A stretch of DNA of 62,832 nt, filler included, from Phoronis australis (Eukaryota > Animalia > Phoronida): the NCBI GenBank assembly GCA_002633005.1. It is 9 parts of 9 records of this genome, joined end to end, with 100 filler letters (N's around TTAATTAATTAA, not from the genome) between each part and the next. Parts side by side here need not be neighbours in the genome. Positions count along the whole stretch, not along the records: positions 35,401 to 54,213 come from NMRA01000759.1; 8 more parts are not named here. The stretch is one strand, 5' to 3'. Below, one piece after another: positions 44,401-53,330 of this stretch. The translations under genes were made by a program, and so were the position numbers. Each line of letters opens with the position of its first letter. Within the stretch, counting starts at the first letter, position 1. A model generated the notes under the pieces. That model had not been told where the DNA came from. It did not search any database and saw nothing but the letters and a program-made list of their open reading frames with translations.

Positions 44401-45567
44401 GCAGGTTAGGGGCTACAATACTTCCCACCACTTTATGTAATTTCATCCCGTATATTTTAAACGTGCGGTAGGCAAAATCCGCTCACCAATTAAGAGTTTT
44501 CACATCGCCAAAAATAAATTCTATACTTAAAGTTATCACTTAAAAATGCGCTTACTTTCTTCATTGACCCTTGAACTGCTTCTACACATATCTTCAATGA
44601 AGCACAACTATGAGAACGAAGGAGATTTTGGCGAAGAAACCCAACCCCACTTCTTGGTCAACGTTAACTTTTTCATCGTGCACGCAATAACCACAAAATA
44701 TTTCAACTGAGTGACACGAGTTAAGGCAAAAGTTAGTGCGAGACTGAGCAAAGCGCGTGATGTGGCAAGTGACACTTGCAAAATAGCATGAGGACATATC
44801 AGGTGAAATTTGTTAGATTTGTGTCCCTTGGACTTTTTGTTTGTCAACAAGTGCGATTTCCTGTAACTTCCTCAAAATGGCACCCGGTGAGAGAAACTCG
44901 AGCAAACCGCGATCGTATTTCCATGGATATGTTCAAGTTATGTTGACTAAATTGTATCAGGAGTCATGATATGTGTTAATTTAAACTCTATGAGCATATA
45001 TATGCATGTTTCATTTGATTTTATTTGCTGTGTTTTGAAATGGGTAACTTTATATGATATATGGGGATACTATGGCCCCTGTATGCCTGCGTCATTCAGG
45101 GCGGTGTAATTGCCTATATCAAGACGAACTAACATCAAAATACCGCTTTACGCCCAAAGCTATAAATATTTGCACCAAGGCTACCTGGCTGTCTGACAGG
45201 ATAGCAGTCTAGTTATTTTGGACTCCTCTTCTGCTAATAGTTCCTTTAGCGATTAGAAAGACCTCTACCGCGAGAGTAGAAGTTATTGAGACTGAGGCAT
45301 TTGCACATTCATTCAATTACGCTTTATAATTATGCCATAATTTATGGCATAAATAATTTATGGAATACGCCACGAGTGTTGCGCAACAAAACTTTAAGTC
45401 AAATTTCTCACACACCCCGCTTCATTTTCAACGTCAAATTTTGTCAAAATAGCCAGAAAAAGTACCAAACTATGAAAGAATTATACTTACCGACATGATA
45501 CAGAGATTTCGACCTGTGTCGCGGGAACAATTCCCGTCCCCGGTTGGAACGTAGCTGGAGAAGCCAT
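35401..45567 (-). CDS. CPNE8: Copine (CPNE5/8/9-like), first 10 exons covering C2A and most of C2B; 3' part beyond the linker
   Basis: GT-AG exons: 45567-45491 ([26 protein letters not shown]), 43831-43791 ([13 protein letters not shown]), 43013-42967 ([16 protein letters not shown]), 42767-42664 ([19 protein letters not shown]...LKFEI), 41677-41638 ([13 protein letters not shown]), 41383-41313 ([14 protein letters not shown]...), 38444-38413 ([10 protein letters not shown]), 37041-36909 ([10 protein letters not shown]...[18 protein letters not shown]), 36450-36304 ([16 protein letters not shown]...LCNGDY...YDWDRDG), 35436-35401 ([12 protein letters not shown]). All phases join. The exact paralogue within CPNE5/8/9 is not resolvable. 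Confidence 0.95.
39366..39500 (+). mobile_element. tRNA-derived SINE (second family)
   Basis: A-box-like ggcctagtggg and B-box gagttcaattcc. The body catgtgagcccattgcactgatcacctgg matches 151-200 of this window. Confidence 0.6.
39835..41085 (+). mobile_element. 5'-truncated, frameshifted non-LTR retrotransposon with restriction-like endonuclease (HERO/NeSL/R2-group), antisense within copine intron 6
   Basis: TGRKW...QQGAWTKW...[16 protein letters not shown] knuckle [35 protein letters not shown]...IELTIPWE...[18 protein letters not shown] spread across shifted frames. Confidence 0.9.
40982..41057 (+). ncRNA. Structured 3'-UTR RNA with permuted hammerhead-like core
   Basis: GUC 41001-03, GAAA 41017-20, CUGAAGA 41045-51. 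Helices: gatgg/ccatt, ttggttt/agaccaa, cctact/agtagg, gtcc/ggac. Confidence 0.55.
42585..42660. repeat. 11-bp minisatellite (TACTGTACACC-like)
   Basis: About 6-7 degenerate units next to the copine exon 4 donor. Confidence 0.75.
43144..43400. mobile_element. MITE with about 45-bp TIRs
   Basis: gggagatcattcatattcacaaggtgtccgcaggcgtgtaccaaaaa / tttttggtacacgcctacaggcaccttgtcaatatgagtgacccccc. Confidence 0.75.
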
Positions 45568-45844
45568 GTTTTGATTTCTAAGTAGGTCATGTATTGAGGT
45601 CAAGTTACTGATTTTTATTTCAAACAGAAATTCATTGAGCAAAATGATGTAGCCAGTATCAGGCAGAAACTATGGTCAATATGTTAAGAATTTCTTTAGA
45701 CTGAGTCTGGAGTGTTCCCGACACAAAAATTCGTCCAAACATTCGAAAGTATTTTTTTTCCTTTGCGACGTTTCCGTTTTCTTTTTCGATGCTGGGTCAT
45801 AAATTCATTGAACTCTGAAATTGCGTGATGATATCTCCTTTGTA
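45568..45844. promoter_or_regulatory. Probable bidirectional promoter (copine versus uORF-UBXN6)
   Basis: Only 277 bp separate the copine ATG (45567, minus) from the uORF ATG (45845, plus). Confidence 0.6.
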
Positions 45845-47386
45845 ATGATAACGGCATCAGTTTCAGACACATTAGGAGACATAGGGTTCGTGCAACACCT
45901 TGTTCTGTTTTTGTCTAAAGCGTGGGAGCGCTTAACGACCCTGAACAAGGTGCCCGGAGGTTCACAGTTCGAGGTCGACGTGTTCAGGTTTTTCCTGGTA
46001 GCCGTGTTAATCAACGTTTTTCTTCTGACCTTCGTTTGGTTTTGGTACAAGAAGAATATCTCAGAATTGTTATTGCGAACTGGTAAATAATATTAACTGT
46101 TTTTAGAAAGAGTATAAAATCAATTGTACTTGAGCTTTTAATATCCCTTCGTGAGTACAGTGCATGACATTGACAGTCAGGAAGTAGACGGTACCACCGT
46201 CTGAGACGGTGGCCATCCCGTAGGCCATCCATACGTCGCACGATTTTCGATGAATTATGCCTCACACTGATTAAACAATCAAAGTCATGTAACGGCTTAA
46301 GTACCTTTTGTACGTAAAGATACCCCTTAGAAGGTCGTTGATGTCTTTAACTGTTTCCAGCTTTTACAAATGTTCCCACCATCAAACTATTTTTCGAACA
46401 GTCCTTCATTCAAATCAGAATCTGGCCGTTTTTACATTGCTTGTGACAGGGGCTATGAAATCATATCTCCCGATGCAAGTAGCGTAAAAATGGCCAGTAG
46501 GAGTGGTGTGTTTGGTTGAGCCAAGGCCAATCTTGCAGTGTAATTCGACAAGACTACAATGTTGGAAATATGAAAACTTATTCTTAAAACTTATTAAGCA
46601 AAATGTGGTGTATATGTCACCATGTCTTATCCAACTAAGGTAAACCCACCTGCCAATCCATTCAGCACAAAATGTGTATTAAGATATTAACCTCTGCATG
46701 GTAAAAAAAATATTTTTATTGAGCAGTTGCATAATTTCCAACTTACGTACTTTTCTTATTGCGTTAAGTTGAGTTTCAGTTAAAAGATTTTGTAATACTG
46801 AATGTATAGCAAACAACGCAATTCATTTTAAAACTATGTACAACAAAAAGAAATGCTATCAAACTTTCAGCTTGATTCTACTGTTGGTGTATTGCCATTA
46901 ACCCTGACGCCAGCAGTTAGACCAGTGGTTGTAAAATCTTTTTCGTCGTAGAACCCCGTATATAATTTATCTTCAACCCTGTGAAAAATATTTCAAGGAG
47001 ATATGAAATGTTTAATTGTTCACCAGGTGAATAGCAACCCCTTGCTGACCCCCAATTTAAGATGGTGACAATGATGGACATAGTCTTCAGAAAAGTTTAT
47101 ATAATTTGTCGATATTTCGATTTAGACTGATTTACATGCCTGAGTGCTCCATGCAAGACTTTGACTATGACTTCCTTTTCGTAAACGTGCTACACTTGGA
47201 TATAAAATATAGTTGAATATGCTCCCAATTAAGGTATGTTTTCTCTGAATTTCGAAACGTATATTGTAAAAGTAGTGCAAACCTATGTCAGGCAAATCCT
47301 TTATTTTTACTTCAGGTTCTTCTCGACAACCGTCTCCAAGTGAAACCGTAAACCCAGTCATAGATCAACATTTGAAACGCGACTGA
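45845..47386 (+). CDS. Uncharacterised 102-aa single-pass membrane protein, spliced upstream ORF of the UBXN6 transcript
   Basis: Exon 45845-46082 (MITASVSDTLG...VFRFFLVAVLINVFLLTFVWFWYKK...LLRT-G, donor GTAAAT) joins in phase 1 to a strong acceptor (ctttatttttacttcag) at 47316. This gives GSSRQPSPSETVNPVIDQHLKRD* with the stop at 47384-86. Confidence 0.7.
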
Positions 47387-47444
47387 CCTCCCACAGAGTG
47401 ACAATACAGCCGTTCTCCAAGCCTGTGCCAATCCAACAAGTGAG

Positions 47445-50400
47445 ATGTCGGCCATTAAGAGGTTTTTCCAGAAAAAGAAGATGGACATGAAGTTCAAGAA
47501 GGCCGGGGACGGTCACAAATTGAACGAGGACACCAGGTCAAAGGTGGTGGCTGATGGTCTGAGCCGACCACACACTGCAGGAAGTCCAACACGCAGGCCT
47601 CTGTGCAGCGATGCAGGTGCTCAAATGATGGCAACGACCAGTAGTATGAGCCGACCGTATGCTGCAGGGGGTCCAGCCACTAGTAAACCACAGTATAGCA
47701 GACAGGAAAGTTCAGAATCAGCTAAAAGAGCGGGTGAGGCAGCACTTAGTCGACTCACATCCCCTCGTCCAGGTAATTCAAATTATGCCGTTGACAAAAA
47801 TTGATAACAATTGTTAAGCAGATGATAAAAATGAGCGTCTGCACGATGAGCAGAAGGTCCTGGGTTCGAGTCCCCGTCAGGGACAGAAATCTTTTTGCAC
47901 TTATATTCATTAGGTCATGTGATGGGACCAAAAAGATGGCGGATTGAACAGGATAAACTGCTTCCAACATATTCCACGCCTCACTGAATAAGATATATTT
48001 ATACACACAATAGAGATCATGGGTAAGATGCCCACTACTAAGTCTGATTGGATTTCTGTGTTCGACCAGGGTCCCGATGGCTCAGTGGCTAGAGCGTCTG
48101 CATGGTGAGCAGAAGGTCCTGGGTTCGAGTCCCAGTGGGGGGCAGAAATCTTTTCGGACTTGTATTCATTAGGTCACACGATGTGACCAAAAAGATGGTG
48201 GATTGAACGGGATAAACTGCTTGCAACATATTCCACGCCTCCCTGAATGAGATATATTTATGCACGATAAAAAAGAAGACATAGTAAAACTCATGAAGAT
48301 GAGTGGTGAATTCTTATGAAAAACTTCCAGTATTGGAGGCCAATTTCGGCTATTTGATTTTTGCCCATTTGATATATTTTGTTCAAGATGAAATCCCAGA
48401 AAAAGTTTTAGGGTTTTTTAATTACTTGAATTTTGTTTTATGCAACTCTTGAGCTTTTTCATAAAATTCCTATTTTTAATAACCGCCATGCAAAAGAAAA
48501 CTATTCCTAACAGTGTTGGAGAAGAGAGCGTAAAGTATAGTATCTGAAGTTTTGTTTGAATCCAGTCAGCTGTCTCTGAGATACGTTGTTCCAAAGTTAG
48601 CCAAGTTTGGACATTTTTTCTAGGGTCCTACGCACCTTAAATACTCTTTTATGTTGCATAGGCACAGCATCTGGAACAACTTCCATCAAAGCTCAAGTTC
48701 GCCGTGAGATAGAAGCCGAACAGAAGGCCCTGCAGCAGGCTCAGATGCAAGCGCCCCCAAAGGAGATAGTTCTAGACGCAGCTCCCGTTCTGTCCGTCAG
48801 TGGTGTCTTCTTCAAATGTCCTATGGCCGGTGAGAAGGCGGGCCTTTGTTGTCAATCAGATGTTTTGTGCACCAACTTGAAGTTATTAGGAAGTTGGAAT
48901 GTCCAGCTTACAAACACTCCAAACTCAATCTCCATGCAATGTCAATTAGCTCTGACATTTAGGAAATTAGAGTTTTGAAATGTTTCAGTAAAATATTTAT
49001 GATTCTTGAAACTGTCAATTTTGTGGGTACTAATTTTTAGACATAGTGCCGTTTGTGTTGTTGATTTGCTTATTAGTAATTGCATTAAGTATGAGAAATT
49101 ATGAGATCCCAAGTTTTGCTTAGAACTCTTGGTGTTGGTTGAGAAATGTTATTTTGAAAACTAAAATTCTGAAGCTTATTGAAATCTCTGGTTGTGGTAA
49201 AATCATTAATTTAACTTTTTTAGGCTTCATTTGAATGCATGTTTACTAAATATACGTAAGGGATTGTTTGCAATTATCTCCGTTTTCTCACAAGTAAAAA
49301 TGGAGGGAGATGGTTAACCCTTGCTCTTAACGTACACTTTTGATATCAAAATGGCTTTGTGAAAAGACAAAATTCGCCAGTTTATTACCATCCCTTCTTT
49401 TTGAAAATATGACAAAACAAGCCAACATCTTAAGATTTTGCCATGATTTTTTATTGGAACATCCAAAATTTTTTAATGCTTGATGAGTACATTCAATTTA
49501 CATATTAAAATCCTGGTTTTTGCAGGGCTTGGAATTTTCCGCGGAAACACGGATTTCCGCTTTTTTCAAATGTTCTGTCCGCGCATTTTATTATATTTCC
49601 GCGTAAAAAAAAATCGGATTTGATCTAAAATTTCCGCGGCAAATTCCTTTCTTACCGCGGCGTTGCAGACGACGTTCCCTTCGAAAAGCGGAAGTTGCTC
49701 TTTATGTTTCGGAGGCATGTTGCCGGGGCATGTGGGATAGCGTGGTGGGATTTTCAATGGTGTCTCGTGTTATTGTAAACCGCGGCGACAAATACTACGG
49801 CTCTGTGTGGATTGGGAGTGGACCGACGAGCTAAAAGGACGCAGACGCATGCTACTGATGGTGGTAACATTTTCTTTTTTTTTTAGTCCTCCCGATTTTT
49901 GTCGGGGAAAGGTTCACATCGACCATTTCAAGGCTGCGTAGCGCGCATGATTTGGGCCGTAAAAGTTTCCGCGTTTTTTGTCATTGGTTATTCCAAGCCC
50001 TGTTTTTGAAAATATCACCTTTGTATACAGTTTCATGAAAAGGGGCAGTGAGGAAAAGTGTGTGTTTTGTATGCTCGTGAAAATGGTGATAAGTATGAAC
50101 GGTTGCTATCGGGTTGGAAATGTGGTCCTTCACCTGTCTATGATGGTCAGCGTTCATGTATCTGGTGATATTAATATGACACTTTGATAGTTAATGGCAA
50201 TGGTCAAACTCAAGATTCTTAAAGCTGCTATGTCCCGCCTTTTGCCAAAGAAGACTTACATTTTGATTCAGACTGCTTAATGTTGTTAAACTGGTATCAA
50301 AAATAATCTGTACACAGATTAGAAAAATGGACAGTTTGTTGTTATATGTGGCCACAGCTGGTCAAGTCACATCACTGAACAACAACTGACTGTCAACTCT

Positions 50401-51890
50401 TCAAGTAGAAATAACTTGTAAACTTAGTGGGGATTATTTTCAGATCAATATTATTATGAAGATGGTCCAATTTATTAGTACAGAATGTTGGTTCATAGCC
50501 GCTTTAATGCCCTGTTGATACTCCAAAAACTTTAAATGTTTCCAGGTAGATTGGTTGTGATGGAAAATAGAGAGTTCACGTAGCATCTTTTCTCACTTAA
50601 ACGTGCTGGTCACAGCACTGTGCTAAGTGTTGAAAATCACCTGTCCGTGATTAATCAAGTTTATGATGGACCACATGGTGTTTCTCACTCGGAATAAATA
50701 TGTTATGAGGGTATGGTTAAGTTTCTTCAAATTCGAGCACGATGTGGGGAATCAGTAAAATTAAATTTTTAATCAAAATTTCCAACAAGAGTAAACATGA
50801 AGGCACTTTTAGTTGTTTAATTGATTACTTGAAAACTTTAAATTGTACGGCTGTCAATACGGCACACAATACATTTTCAGCGATACAGCAAGCAGTTGAA
50901 AAATCAAAAAATGTCGATTTCCAAAATTCATTCAGTTGTAATTCCTTTGTAGGTCCGGCAGTGTTGCCAAAATTAGAAATGGAGTCCTACATCGAGACAT
51001 TTTTGTTGAACCAGCTCGCTGAAGAACCCGAAATGGCCTCAGCTCTAATGATTCACACGTTCAACAAGGACCCAGACAAAGCCAAACTTTGCATTGAAAC
51101 ACTGGTGAAATACCTGGACAACGTCATTGGAAATCCCAGCGAGGAGAAATACAGAAAAATTCGCATTGGGAACAAAGCATTCCAAGAACGCGTGGCATCG
51201 ATTAAGGGAACAGACGAATTCTTGCAGTCGGTTGGTTTTGTCATTCGAAAGCAACCTTTCCAGGATGGGGAGGTGGAATTTTATGTACTGAGTGAGGAAG
51301 GGGCCTCAAACGTGGATCGGCTTAAAGAGATGCGGGAAATCCTGTTGAACTCGGAGCCGATTAGACCCGAACTTGATCATGGCTTACAAGTGTTCTACCC
51401 GAGCCAGATGGCGACAAAGTTTGAGTTGCCAGATGAATTTTACAATATGACTGCAGAGGAAGTGAAGCGAGAACAGCAGGCTCGAACCGAGGCTGTAGAA
51501 AAATTAGGCATGCTGCGGACGAAGGAAATGCGTGAGCGCGATCGCCAGAGAGCGCTGAGGCGATATCGGTACACCTTGTTGAGAATACGCATGCCGGATG
51601 GTTACATTCTGCAGGGAACATTCAGAGCCATGGATAAATTGGGATCTGTGATTGCATTTGTTAGGGAATCTTTGTCAGAGGAATGGTTACCATTTATTTT
51701 GAGCACGTCGACGGGTCAAAAGCTACTTGAGGAAGACATGCGATTGGCTGAGTTAGAACTGGTTCCGGCTACGGTGTTGAACTTGGCTTTTGATCCCGAG
51801 GTCTTGGCTGACATGGCTGTTCAGCATGGTTCGCATCAACGTGAACCTTCATTGAAGCCTGAAATCTTGGCTAGTGTCCAGTCATTGTAA
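47445..51890 (+). CDS. UBXN6: UBX domain-containing protein 6 (UBXD1), p97/VCP cofactor with VIM, PUB and UBX domains, about 477 aa
   Basis: Exons 47445-47772 (MSAIKRFFQKKKMDMKFKKAGDGHKL...EAALSRL VIM), 48662-48829 (IKAQVRREIEAE...SVSGVFFKCP) and 50953-51890 (PUB: KYLDNVIGNPSEEKYRKIR...; UBX: YRYTLLRIRMPDGYILQGTF...LAELELVPA). Both introns are phase 1, GT-AG. Confidence 0.95.
47832..48262 (+). mobile_element. Tandem dimer of a tRNA-derived SINE-like element in UBXN6 intron 1
   Basis: Cloverleaf-like head at 48070-48143 (tggctcagtgg A box, ggttcgagtcc B box, stem tctgc/gcaga). The tail module occurs twice. Homologous to 14292-14637. Confidence 0.8.
49523..50002. mobile_element. Non-autonomous DNA transposon with 13-bp TIRs
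   Basis: cagggcttggaat / attccaagccctg, with a tttttg direct repeat on both flanks. Confidence 0.75.
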
Positions 51891-52904
51891 GGTGTTGTGC
51901 TTCAGTTTAATAGTTTTCAGTGCTTGCCTCTTTATGTATTTGATATTCCTGGACATTGGTTATGATATTTATTGCAATTTGTGTTATCTTATTGTGAAAT
52001 TAAATCGGAATGAACTGCGAGAGAGTTTTTACATCTGTGGGACTAGTTCAATTTAGGGCAATAGTCGGATATAACATGGCCGCATTTTGAGAACCAATTT
52101 GATGCACATTATTCAGTGAAGAAACCTGATTCTCAAAATGCAGCACCATATATGGGAGTATGGACATTCATGGCCAGCATAAGATTTACAAGTAATGATG
52201 AGCAATGCCATATTGCACAAGTTGCCCAATACAAAAATTAATGGAACATTTTCCACCTTCTGGATCTGATGTCCTCCTTAGAACAGATGGCGGTTGGCAT
52301 AAACATAAAGAATGACTCATTCATTCTGCGGAAATGAGAAATGACGTGTGTATCTGCCAATCCTGGGACCCTGTTTATTGGAGGTCATACGGGGTCTTGG
52401 GTTAGGAGTAACCCATCTACAAAACCATAGAACTGGGTCAACTGACCTATGTAAAAGTATACGTTTTGTGAAAATAGAACGCTTGTAAAACTTCAATTTT
52501 GGACTTACTAACCATCTACTATTGATAGGATCATTTGATCATGTTTTTGGTAAAATTTAAGAAGGAAAGGTTTTTCATACCAAACAAAGATCATGGACAT
52601 TTTTTTAGATTAATCGTCATCGGTTTTTACATTTACATTATTTCTGTCACTTTTTTCAATAGGATGAAATTTGTGATAGTTCCCGCATGTGATGTTGAAA
52701 TTATTTTTAAAGAATAGTTTGCAACAACCTTTAGCAAGTCATGGTATTGGAAAGACAAGTTTCACTTGAATCTGATCAGTAATTTTATGTATTCCCAGTT
52801 CGTGTAACTCATACCATCGAAGGAGATACGTCACACTTGATTAGGTAATGTATTATGAAAGCGGCAATCCTTATTCCAAGGGGGAATCAACAATTGGTCA
52901 GACT

Positions 52905-53042
52905 TCAAAACCAGCTGGCTGAAGTGCAAAACCCAATGGCCGGTGCACTAACTTGGTAGTCGGACTCAAAAACTCGTTGGCTGGTACCTCAAAACCAGAT
53001 GGCCGCACTCAAAAAAAAACCGGTTGGCCGGTGCCCAAACAC
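52905..53042. repeat. Degenerate minisatellite of about 21 bp
   Basis: Repeated caaaacc...tggc(c/t)gg units. Confidence 0.55.
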
Positions 53043-53138
53043 AATGATTGAACTAATTGGGCACCCCCCCCCACCCCCGTTCCCCTTGATTCTAGTGATG
53101 TCAAATTTACAATTTTCAAATTGTTGACTTGAACCCCA

Positions 53139-53330
53139 TTTTTATGCGCCCACATATTTATATGAAGACGCATTATGCTGTCATCCCTGTCCCGGCGTTC
53201 GCTGCTCTACCTTTAAAACCCTTTGACATAATTATGTACGTGTGTTCCTTTTATGGATGGGACAGCATGAGCGAACTTTCGGACGGATCCGACGACCAGT
53301 GTGCCCCCTAGTGGCAATTTTATTGTTTAC
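53139..53330. mobile_element. Terminus of the same HINE-like family as 19479-20574 (reverse orientation)
   Basis: ttttatgcgcccacatatttatatg...gtgccccctagtggcaattt. Confidence 0.6.

Noticed and set aside
48070-48143. Functional tRNA gene
   Set aside because: The acceptor stem is mismatched, the anticodon loop is non-canonical, copies are divergent, and it is embedded in a repeat, so it is a SINE-type head.
50742-50952. First 70 aa of the 382-aa ORF
   Set aside because: Intronic read-through. A clear acceptor (ttcctttgtAG) at 50952 joins exon 2 in phase.
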